Source: Neodothiora populina
Lineage: Eukaryota
Assembly: GCF_041146345.1 (NCBI RefSeq)
Contig: NW_027191411.1
Location: 310,001 to 374,000, forward strand
DNA: 64,000 nt
Direction of reading: 5' to 3'
Shown: in pieces, positions 1 to 10,980 of the stretch
Position numbering within the stretch: position 1 is the first letter of the stretch
Layout: each line of letters begins with the position of its first letter
The notes under the pieces: generated by a model
Databases searched by the model: none
Told to the model about the DNA's origin: nothing
The model's input: the letters and a program-made list of their open reading frames with translations, nothing else
Made by a program: the position numbers and the translations under genes

Positions 1-704
1 TGACATCCTCCGGCTCTCAGCCAACCCCCAACCCCTCTTCCTCTGCAACAACAGCATCCTCAAGACTCCGCTCAGGCACCCAAACCCGCCGCCGCTTCCT
101 CTCGCGCGCAGGGCAAGAAGTCTGGTCCTTTCTCGTGTCCGCCCGCCGCAAAGCCCTCCTTCAACTCGGACAGGACCCACACGTACTGCTTCCAGTGAGT
201 GTAGACTGGAGCTCGTACGCCGCGCAACCGACCTGCGTATGCGGAGGCAGCACAGCGCCCTGCGCGCTGACGAAAACCGTCCTATCGCTGCCTCCTCCCT
301 CGCAGTCCCGACAACCCAGCAGCGACCAGCAAAATCACTTCGACGCGCATAATATCTTTCCCTCCTCATCTGCTGCTGCTTCGTCGACTCGTCTGCAACT
401 CCAGGGTCAAAGCTTAGATTTCTCCTCGGCTCCCTTCTCAAACTTGTTGAACAACAGTAGCAACAATGCAAATACTTATGTCTCGGCAAACACCATCATT
501 CCCCAAGGCCTGTTTCCGGACCTATCCTCTCTTTCCCCCTGGGGCAGCAGCGACGACATCGGCAGTGCGGGGTTAGGCGGTCCTTCATCAATGGCATCAC
601 CTTCTTCCGGTGGTGGTGGTGGTGCATCGGGCACGGAAGGGATGGCATTTGATTGGGATCAGTGGGATGCGGTTTTGGGTGGTGCTATCGGAAGTTTGGT
701 CTGA
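1..704 (+). CDS. 3' end of a gene truncated by the window edge; probably a fungal transcription factor C-terminus
   Basis: The frame is open from position 3 to TGA at 702-704. It is S/N/G-rich and ends in an acidic-aromatic tail (FDWDQWDAVLGG) typical of fungal TF activation regions. No diagnostic domain lies inside the window. Confidence 0.5.
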   Translation, partial: TSSGSQPTPNPSSSATTASSRLRSGTQTRRRFLSRAGQEVWSFLVSARRKALLQLGQDPHVLLPVSVDWSSYAAQPTCVCGGSTAPCALTKTVLSLPPPSQSRQPSSDQQNHFDAHNIFPSSSAAASSTRLQLQGQSLDFSSAPFSNLLNNSSNNANTYVSANTIIPQGLFPDLSSLSPWGSSDDIGSAGLGGPSSMASPSSGGGGGASGTEGMAFDWDQWDAVLGGAIGSLV

Positions 705-1356
705 TCTTCTTTTTTCCGCTTTCTTTTCCTTGTTCTCTGTCGGAGAAGAAATAGTCATTTCTTTTTTTCGGATCGCTTTGTTGCATTCATGGTCTTGGAA
801 ACAAGTTGTCCGTGTGGGATATGAGAAATGCTAATAACGTCTGTCTTATATGGTTTGGTCCAGTCTGGACTAATTTCGTCATTTTGGTCCTTGGGTATTT
901 TGTGAGGCGGACGATATTCGCGTACTTAGGCGAGAGACAGGGTGTCATCAATTACTGGGATTAATGCCAGGCTTCAGGATTACTCTCGTTAATGTTGCTG
1001 CTGCTATTGGTTCTGCTACACTAAACCTGCTTCTGCTTCTGCTCTTGCTCCTACTCATGCTTTTCGCCTGCTGTCACTGCAGCACCTATTTCTTCTCTTA
1101 CCCGTCTCTTATACTCTTACCCATGACTCTTACTGCTTCTGATTCTGCTACTGCTACCGCTACTGCTGCACTACCAAGCAGAGATCAAATGGATAGATAA
1201 AAAAACAACTACATGAGAATAATTCTTGACCTTCCCTCTCTCTTTCTACTTCCTGCTTGTTCTACTACCAGAACATATTACGCGCACCTTGTGCCTTCTA
1301 GGCGCCAACCAGAAAAAAAAAGGACAAGTCTGCAGCGAACGAAACAACGACCAAAT

Positions 1357-4300
1357 CTAACCCCGAGCACAACCACCAGCGGCCGAAGAAGAAGTATCAC
1401 AAACAACCACAAGGCCCGGAGTGACGACGCTCTGGCGCCAACTAAATTGCGCGCCGACTCTGCTCCCCGCCCCATCGACCCCCTGAACCCCCACAGACGC
1501 ATACGCGCCATTTTGATCGTCCGGCGCTGCACCACTCGCGTCTCCGCTTCCCGTCGCGTAGTAGTTGTACACAAACTGCCCGGGTCGGTCGGTGGTGTAC
1601 GTGAGAGAGAAATGGAAGAGTTGCGACGTGTTGCCGCGGGTTAGGATCCATTCGTAGTAGACTGTGGTGTTGGTGTAGGAGTAGAATATACCTTGGCCCG
1701 GGGGGTAGGGTGAGTTGTTGTTGTTGTTGTTGCTGCTTGAAGGCGGGAGGAGGTAGAGGTCGTCGAAGAAGGGGCAGGCGGTGCTGTTGGGAATGTCGTC
1801 GTTGGATGAGGGGAGGCGCGCTGCGGAGTAGGATGCTGAGCCGGTTGTTAGGGAGAGGATCTGGTGTTGGATGTTAGTGGGTTGTCATTCTAGCTTGTCG
1901 AGAGCAGTAATTGAAGGAAAAGGAAAGGAAGGACTTACGCCGTTGGTCGAGGCAAAAGTGTGCGAGTCAGACTTTGAATATACTTGCATGGCGAACGGTA
2001 GATCAATCTCGCAGTAGGTATCATCTTCTTCTGTGTCTCTCGGATCTCCAAAATCGCACAAAGTGGGCGAGGGGATAGTGTTGACTGTGTTCGAGGGAAT
2101 CGGGTAACCTTGCCCTCTTGAAGATGTTGACGAAGGACTTGCCAGTGACGACGAAGAGCTGGTTGTAGAGACCGAAGATGTGTGACTGTTAGATACCGTT
2201 TGGTATGCAAAAGTGCCGGAAACTGGTTGACCGGACTGGGAAGCAAACCCTGAGCTACTGCTCGACGACACGGGTGGAGGCGTCCCGCCTGTGCCAACCA
2301 GAATAGCAAGACTGACAAGTGGACTAGAAGCTGCATTGCATGTGCCCAAATCGACATGCAGATAACAAGTTCCTGAAGTTTGAGCTTCTTGTACAGCAGA
2401 AAATACAAATGCTTGACAGCCACTCAACACATCACAAGCTTTCATACATCCTGAGATCCCGGCCGAGGTGAATTGTACAGAGTCTGCTCCTCCTGCCATG
2501 TCTGTGGAGGGGTAGATCTTGTAGATATTGCCAATGGAATCCGTCATGTAGGTTGGAGTCTGAGTAGTTGCACAGGTATAGTTTGAGGTATATGTTGGTG
2601 TTGCTGCCGTCATGCTGCTGGTCGTAGATGAAGGGGAGCTGTTGACTTGTGTGGAAGACAGCGAGCTTGAACTTGACGTATCTGTTGATATCGACGAAGA
2701 GCTCGATATTGCGGACAAGGTTGATGTCGAAGCCAACGACGTTGGCAGCGATGACGAAGTGTATGAAGATGTAGAGGTCGGCAGACTTGTCGCAGTGAGA
2801 GGAAATGAGGAGGTTGAAGTCAGCAGTGTCGAGGAGGTGGACGAAGACCTTGACGTAGTGGTTGACGTTGAGGTTGATTGGGAACTGTTTGATGTCAGAG
2901 TAGACGTACTTGACACTGCAGACGACGAGCCGCTTGAAGTTGCAGACGATGAGCCACTTAAAATTGCAGACGACGAGCTACTTGACATTGCAGATGAAGA
3001 GCTTGACACAGCTGTCGCAGTCGATAAAGTCGAAGTTGCAGATCCAGCAGGCGACGACGTCGTGCCCGCTGCAGAAATGAGCCTGATGGCACCAACAGCA
3101 TATCCACCAATTGGAGCAGGCTGAAACATCATTTCCTGAGGATAGTCGACCTTGATATAGCAAGTACCCATGCCAACACCATTCATGGCTCCGAGGTAGG
3201 TGAAGCCGTCACAACCAGCGGCCGCGTCACAAAGTGCAAAACATGCATTAAAGTCATACACGGAGCCAGCGTTGCTTCCTCCGCCGGTGGTGTCATTACC
3301 ACAGCCGAGTGCATAATGCATGCCATTGCAGTCCGTAATGTTCTGCATGTTGTTTTCAGGGCACGTATAGATGGCGCACGATATCGACGGGCTTGCGGAG
3401 CTGCTTGTGCTTGTGGTTGAGAAAGCCACGGACAAGACTGATGTAGACTGTGAAGATGGCGTGCTCGTACTGCCTGTCAATGTGGACGATGCTGATCGCA
3501 ATGAAGTTGAGGTCGACGTTGATGAAGATAAGACAGAAGGCGAAGACAAAGCTGAAGGAGAGGACGAGATAGCACCACTGGAGGACGATCCAGTCGTGCT
3601 TGATGGGGTCGGTGCTGAAGTAGAACTAGAGGGCATGGAGGTTGAGGTACTTGCCGGACTTCTTGTTGAAGATGATGGTTGGACAACTGGACCAGGTCCT
3701 CCGGAAACCGAGATGCTGGCAGATGAGACAAATGTTCCTGTTATTGAACTGAGAATAGAGCTAGAGGTCGTCGTTGTAGTGGAACCAGCTAATGACGAAT
3801 TTGCAGGAGCAGCCTGAACCAGACTGATGTATGCTGTCCTAGGCGCGCCACTGATGAGGGTCCCACGGGAAGCTTTTAGATAGCAAGCCCCAGTTGTCCC
3901 CGTCCCATCACTCATACCAAAAGTGACGGCTACGAAGACTGCATATCCGTTACAGGCAGCAGTACATCCTGATATACCGCTGGTAGTGTTGATAGTCAAG
4001 ATCGTTACAGCAGTTGTGTCAGAAGAGCAGTGTACGGCATAGACCGCGCCCTCAGCATCAGTGAAGCTTCCCTCGTGACATTCCGCAGTAGAGCCTGATG
4101 GGATGCTAGTGGTGGAAGACGTAGTATCAAGTGATGTAGAGTCTGTTGAAGTGTTTGTAGGCACTGTATTGGAGCCAACACCAGATGTCCCTTTAGCGGG
4201 AGATGTTGAAGAAGATATTACACTACCAGTCTGCCCACCACTCATCAGTGTGCTCGATGAGGTGAGAGATGCAGACAGGATGTTTGAAGACAAGCTACTG

Positions 4301-5461
4301 GGAACAGAAGTGCCCATGCTTAGAGAGCTCGATCCAGAATTGGTAGACGGTATGCTTGATGACATTGAAGCGAGAACTGACGAAGTTCCCGAGTTCCCTA
4401 ATGATCCTGACGATGACCTCGAAGACACACTATATCGATCAAGGTTGCAGTTGCCGAAAGCGACCTGACATCCAGTTGAGCAGTAGTCGCTCGTAGTACC
4501 GCACCATCCATATTTGCTACCTGGAACTTTGTCAGACAGATGGGCTCTGAGATTATACTGATGGGAATCATCGTGTCTCACAGCAGCTGCCAAAACTGGA
4601 TCCGCTACACTGCTCAGCAGAGTCGCCTCCACATCTACCGTCTCGAGAAACAGTCGTGGGTTCGACAAAGAAGCCAGTGTAAGTTGTATTCGCCGTCGTT
4701 GAAGATACAGATGGTGATTCAACTCCTGAGGGAGTCATCAGGGGCGATCCTGTGGAAGTTGCTCCCAAGGCAGTCAATGCTGATGTAGAGCTTGAGCTTA
4801 CACCAAGTGGAACTACTAACGTCAATTAACGCGGTATACATGATTCATATAATGACTTACCTGATTCTACGATTAACATGACAGAGCTCCAGCTTCGCTG
4901 AGGCTCCATAGGGCCGACAAATTTAGCTAGGATTTGTGCATTCTGTAAAAGACCAGGGGGCAGCTTGTAAAATTGAGCAGTACCGTTCGTGAACAGCGTG
5001 TTGTTCCAATTGAGTAAGTGATCATTGGAGGAGAAGAAAGTACTGATACCACCCATACTTGGAGAGCTAGCGAATATCTGGTCGGCCAATCCTGCCTCGG
5101 TAGCTATGTAGCTGCCGTTCGATGATATGATCTGACCATTGACAATCTGGTACACTGCAGCAGAAGCAGCATCGATGGTAGTATTTCCGTTCGTAGTCAG
5201 CCAATATGGCGCCGTAGATACATCTGGATATCCCGAAGTATCTACCTGCTGAAGTCGTATGACGAAGGGAGTCCCACTGTTGGCCATCGAGTCTGTGAAA
5301 GGGGTAGGCAGGACAGTCACTGTAGACGGTACAGTGACTGTCGAATACGTCGCACTGCATACGCTAATATGTGTTGTGACTGTTATCATTCCCTGAGCAT
5401 CTGCGATTCCCGAGTCAAGTACAAGTAAAGAGCCCAGCAACCAGAACTTGGTGAGTTTCAT
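1357..5461 (-). CDS. Secreted ~1305-aa Ser/Thr-rich mosaic protein with hevein/CBM18 chitin-binding domain, three PAN/apple-like modules and a nidogen/NIDO-like C-terminal domain
   Basis: Exons 5461-4861, 4812-4582, 4520-1939 and 1860-1357, with donors GTAAGT, GTGAGA and GTAAGT; the frame is preserved (3918 nt). Signal peptide MKLTKFWLLGSLLVLDSGIADA. Splicing rebuilds the hevein motif DGRCGGDSAEQCSGSSFGSCCSKYGWCGTTSDYCSTGCQVAFGNC. Confidence 0.85.
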
Positions 5462-6429
5462 GATTCGATCACAAGTGCAATTGTATCCACGGTATAGAGC
5501 AAGCCAAACGAGAGTCCCCAGCGAGAAAGGCTAAGTGAAGTATGTGCGAGAACCAGACTGAGATGAGTGATCGAGCGCGACGACAGAGGATCTGAGAAGT
5601 TAGTGCTGGGGACCAGATGAACTCCTGATCAAGGTATGAATCGCGCGCCATGTTTTCATTCCTCATCGTGTCAAGGATGGTTTAAATTAGTCGAGGAATG
5701 CATGTCCTCTTGTCTTACAGTGAATGCTACGTTATTCACAGGCAGGCATGTAAACGGTGTCACACTTGCCAGTAACAAAGGCCTCGCAAGCATCTTGTCG
5801 AGTATGTGATCCACGACAAGACCTGCGGGACATGGTCTCAAGGCTATACCAAAGAGCCTATCTTACAGGAAGCATTGTTGTCGAGAAACGAAGCCGAAAG
5901 CCCCAGTGCCGCGTGATAGTGGTGTCGAATCTTCCACCCCCCCTTGGCCAAAGAGACACGATATACCGCTGTGGTACAATACGTTTTACATCAGGACGAA
6001 ACGCAGTCTCTGCAGAATCATTGATTGCAGCGGTGTTCGAGTGTGCTGCGAAAGATACACGGTAGTCGTGGAGCACGTGATACATGTGCTTTTACCTGGT
6101 CTAGACACAACCAGAGCTAAGGTACCTGGCCACAACATAATGAGAGTAACAAAAATTCAAGAACATCTGTCGAAGTTTTGAAATACTGAATTTATCGCTG
6201 TTTGAACAGAATTATTCATTGATGCGGAAAACAAAAATTCATTTGGAGAACATGCGACGATTGCATTACAGTAGAGCATTGAGTTATCCACGCCATTCAT
6301 CCAATAACAAGAATCGAACGCTCCTTTATTGTTCATTGTAGAACACCCGACTTGGCACTAGTAAAAGGAAAACCATCCGCTAACGATACAAGGAAATATT
6401 GGGAATTTTGAGGGTCATATGCTAGCACT

Positions 6430-8157
6430 CTACAAAAGGACCATGGCGCCACCAGAGAGGACGGCACCGACGACATACATGCCGAGTCCGAAGACTCCGA
6501 AGTCGAGGCCAGGGGCGGACAGACCCGCAGCACCACCAGTGCTGCCAGTGGAAGAGGCGGAGGCAGAGCCGGAGGAGCCGCTGGAACCAGAAGCGGAACC
6601 AGCACCAGCACCAGTAGCGGTAGGAGAAGCAGTCACGACTCCAGTGCCAGCAGTGCCGGCCTGAGCCATCAAGGAAGAGCAAGCACCGCTGGGCTTTTGG
6701 GTAGCCTTGGTAGAAGCAGAACCCTTGAAGTCACAGGCGCTAGCCTTGTTGGCAGAGCTCTGCTCGTTGTAGTATGCGTTGAGCACGTAAGCAAGTTGCT
6801 CGGTGGAGTTGCACATGCTGTATGCACCGTAGACACCGGTGGTAGCGTTGTGAGTAATGCCGTCGCAGGCAGTATCACTGAGACCGCAGACAGTGCCAAA
6901 GAGATCACCCATGTCATCCTCGCTGACATCGGAGGAGACAACGCAGGCGAGCGAGCTGTACATGCAGCTGCAGAGCTCCTGGTTGGGGCTTGGGGGAAGA
7001 GGGCTGGCCTTGGCCTCCCAGGCGGAGTTGATGGTCGGGCAAGCTTGAGCCGAGTTGGTGGGGCTATAAGAAGCAGCGTTGACAAGGGACGGGCTGACGG
7101 TGGCGAGACGGCTGGAGAGGTAAGAGAAATCGCTCAAGGTGCTGACGGTGTTGCCGCTGACGGAGACGAGACCGTAGTCGTTGGCCTCCTGGAAGTACAT
7201 GTAGACGATACCACCAGACCAAACGCTGGTCATCTCGTCGTTACCGTAGAGAGCGTCAACCTCGGAGAAGGTACGGGGCTGGACGGTGTTGCAGCCGTAC
7301 TCAGCGAAGAACGAAGGAACAGAGTAGTTGGAGAACTCCTCGGTGCGGACATCGTAACCAGACTCCTTGTAGGAAGAGTCACCGCACCACGAGTAGATGT
7401 TGTAACCCCAGAAGTCGATGGCAGCTTCTTCATCACCACAGTTGAAGTAGTTGGCCATATTCACACGAATGTCAGAGTCGTCGTTGGTAGCGTAACCGAC
7501 ACCAATGGTTCTGTAACCCTTGGCCTTGATGTAGGCCTTGGTGTCACGGACAGCAGCCTTGACGAAAGCGCTGGCATTGGTGGTGTTGGGGGCGTTCGAG
7601 ACCTCGTTGCCGGCGAAGAAACCAAGAGTGTTGGTGTACTTGGACATGACATCAACAACGGAAGTGTAGCGAGCGTAAAGCTCATCGTCCCAAGCGGGGT
7701 CATCACGATTGATGGACACGCTGGGCTGGGACAGATCAGAGACGACGTAAATGCCAGCATCGGCAAGAGCGTTCATGCACTCGTCGTGATCCTGTGTAGG
7801 GTTGACGGCGTAGACACGGATGGTGTTGGTACGCAACTGCTTGAGGTAAGGGATATCACGCTTGCAACCAGCAGGGTCAGCGAGAGGATCGCTGTAGGTA
7901 GTGGTGTCTGACGAGTTGCCACCAGTCACATCCTGCTGGTAGGCGACACCGCGCATGTAACTACAGGAACAGATTAGCCCTTGTCGTTGCCATCAAGAGA
8001 TAGGCGTGCAGCAGCCATAATCGACTTACAATTGTGTGCCATTTGTCTTGTAGAAGAATTTAGAGCCCTTGATGACAATAGGGTCTACATCTGCGACAGC
8101 ACTCTTGACAAAGATGCTGGCAGCAGCGAGGGCTGTAGCAATGCCGACGCCCTTCAT
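6430..8157 (-). CDS. GAS1: GPI-anchored beta-1,3-glucanosyltransferase, GH72 with X8/CBM43 domain (Gas1/Gel4 type), 552 aa
   Basis: Exons 8157-8030 and 7960-6430. Signal peptide, FYMRGVAYQ, catalytic motifs AGNEV and FAEYGCN, Cys-rich X8 domain, S/G linker and hydrophobic GPI signal. Confidence 0.95.
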
Positions 8158-10835
8158 GTTGAGACTGTATGAATTGGTAGTATTGAGATTGTCGGAAATG
8201 TGAGGAAGCTGCTTGTTGATCCCAAGATAAGGGGTAAGAACAAGTCGAAAACTCCCACGGAAGGCACGGCCTTGATGTGGATGAGGTTATGAGCGAATGT
8301 GCAAGAAAGTTGTACTTGGTCTAATAAATGAGTGTACGAAGATGGAATATCACAAAAACAAGATGATGAAAACAAGAAGCACCTGATGAAGATGGTGAAG
8401 ATGCAGAAGCAGTTGTTGTCGTTTGGGAAACGACGGGGGCGGGTCACATAAAGACACAAGTGTGGGCCACGCAATGCGCCCTCCCTGGAATATGCTGATC
8501 AACGGCACCGCGGAACCGACTTCGCCACTGCACGTTCAACATCGATGGTTTTAGCACTTTACGTGGAGCCCAAGCCCTGGGCCCGTCTGGGCACTAATCT
8601 CCCGTATCTACAGCATATTACTGAAAGTGGTATCGAGGGAATATCGCCCTTGTCGTCACTCGTATCCATGCTGAACTCAGAAGACCGCTTCAAGCGTCAA
8701 CTCTGGGACATCTCAAAAATATTCAAATCACTGAAATGTTCGCTCTGAGCTTGTCTGCTCACATTGGTACTAATCGGGGGCCTTGGCTCGGAGCATCACC
8801 TCCTGCTCTGCTGGATGACAGGCCATCCTCCGCTGCCCGTTGAACCTTGAAGCGCTGAACCTTATAAAAACTTCACAAGACGCGCGCCCACTGTGCACAT
8901 CGGACGACTGGAAGACCGAGAAATATATCGATCTTCTGATGTCGCAGCTTCTGAAATCAGACACTTAATGGAAGAGTAAGAGTAGTCCAGAAGCTGCACA
9001 TCTGAATACGATCCCTTTACAAGGCAATGCATCGGCCATGAATACTTCCAGGCACTCTGGTCGAAGGGAGGTGGCTCGAAGGAGGGAAAGCAACGAAAAG
9101 GGGGATGTCCTACTACTCAGTTGTGGCGAGGCGTTGTTGCCTCCTTATGTATTCAATGATGTTCTCTCTCTTAGGGGTGAATATCAATCACAAGCTTCTT
9201 CAAGCTTCCTCAGGTGTGGTTTCTAGAACACCTTCACATTGGTGATATACAGATAAGGGAGAGGGAGTAGTAAATCAATAGAAGCACTATGGACATGCAA
9301 TGGCCAATATCCACTTCCAGATGCAGTATCAGACCGCAAGTCGGCAATGCGAAACACAGCCTTGCGCCACGCTTACGAAGCACAAATATCGTGATAAAGC
9401 ACGAATTTAGTGGTGATAAAAATACAGGATTTGATCATCTGTAGTAAAATCAATCGTGGGGCTAGCATCGAGGAGGAGATTATTAGCAAGGCTACACCCA
9501 CACTAGCATCTCCCGCGCAAGGTGTGAACAATATTGCTATCATTACAGGACTCGGTCAAGGTGGTCCTTCAGAGTCGGCCAACAAGATCAGACGCAGAGA
9601 AGAACCACAAGACAGCAAGTACCAGGTAGATTACGTGAAGCACTCTAAGGTTCCAGCCACGGGCCCTCCATGGATGACGACCAATCTGTTGATCACGGAT
9701 CCGCTGGCAATCCAAGCGGGTCGCCTCTTAGGTGGGAGGCGTGCATAGCATAAAACCAGAAATAACTCGCATGAGCAAATGAGCTGGTTGGCCACTCTCG
9801 CGTCGGTATTGACACAACACGCTCCGATCGTTGAGCGTTGCTGGTGCTAGTCTACGTGATCACCGTGTACGGCTGGCGGGAACACATTGCATAAAGTGTG
9901 GTAGGGTTGGAATTTGTTTGTCGTATGAAACCAACATTGGTGAGTGGGCGATGCTGCATTAGGAAAAGTGCTGTTATCCGGCAGCGGGCGGGGGAAGAAG
10001 GTACCGAAAGTGCAAGCACCAATGTTTCTGAATTAATGGAGCAACCAATCGATATCGACAAGGTGGAAAACTGGTGAGATTGAGAGTTGGCTGGTGCACG
10101 GTAGCGCGACCCGCCCCTGGCGATTCATATGCGGCACAAAGTGTTTGGTGTCGATGATCGCTCGCTGCAAGTTGTCGTGCCCGGTCGTGAGCTCGGATGA
10201 TTTTTTCGCCTTCCCAGCCGTTGAAACACGATTTCAAAAGTCCGCCCCTTTTCCCGTTGCTTCGCGCCTTCTTCGACCTACGGTAGGCTCACCAAGCGCG
10301 ACCATCCGTAGCTTCTACATTCGTTCTTCCTATTTTCATTTCCCTGTCGACAATACCTCCCTTTTGTCCTTTTTTCTCAAGACACCACACTCGTTTTAAA
10401 AGTGCGAGTGCTTGAGTTTGGAGGGATATACAAGACTTGCTGCACGAAGCTTCGGACTTGGTACTCAAGGCCGCCAATCAGCTTCCGAGTGGAGGGAGAC
10501 ACTTGACTGCCGCGCGTTCTCACGGCAACAGAGCCTTCGTTAACGCAACACACGACTGCAATCATTGCAACCACTGCAACACTGCATATCAACAGCAATC
10601 CACCTCTTCAGAACGAGCCTGCCAATTCTTGTCAGATTCACTTTCTGCGTGGCGACTTGTTTTCCATCCCTTTTCGTTGCGGAATAATCGTCTGTCTGCA
10701 CGATCTAATCAACAGCTAAAGCCTAGAGGCAACGTTCGCTTTGACATACAAACACGACATCCTTCCATCCTGGACCATCAGAATTCGATTTTCCAATCCA
10801 AAATTGCATTTGGGACGCATGTTAGAATAACTAAG

Positions 10836-10958
10836 GTGCGTTTGATCATTAGTTCGCCGTACACCTGCGTGGTCGACGTGATTGCCACAATTCATCAACA
10901 ATATTGCATCTTGGCACCCAACGGCCATAATTTTTTCAGCTTCTAACTCATGTTTCAG
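10836..10958 (+). other. Probable 5'-UTR intron of FKS1
   Basis: Donor AAG|GTGCGT at 10836, branch CTAAC at 10943 and acceptor TTTCAG at 10958, ending 22 nt before the ATG. Confidence 0.55.
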
Positions 10959-10980
10959 TACTCCCAATTAATCAACAATC

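Noticed and set aside
964..1200. 78-aa Leu/Ala-rich ORF
   Set aside because: Arises from low-complexity CTG/CTA repeats between convergent 3' ends; no coding evidence.
2612..4468. Acidic V/D/E-rich + strand ORFs (170, 148 and 121 aa)
   Set aside because: Antisense shadows of the Ser/Thr-rich codons of the minus-strand mosaic gene.
4583..4722. ATG 4722 as the start of a 945-aa protein
   Set aside because: Its N-terminus is off-frame exon 2 plus intron sequence. Splicing from ATG 5461 restores the signal peptide and the full hevein domain.
6697..7911. 404-aa ORF antisense to the GH72 gene
   Set aside because: Expected by-product of strong codon bias in a highly expressed gene; no recognisable motifs.
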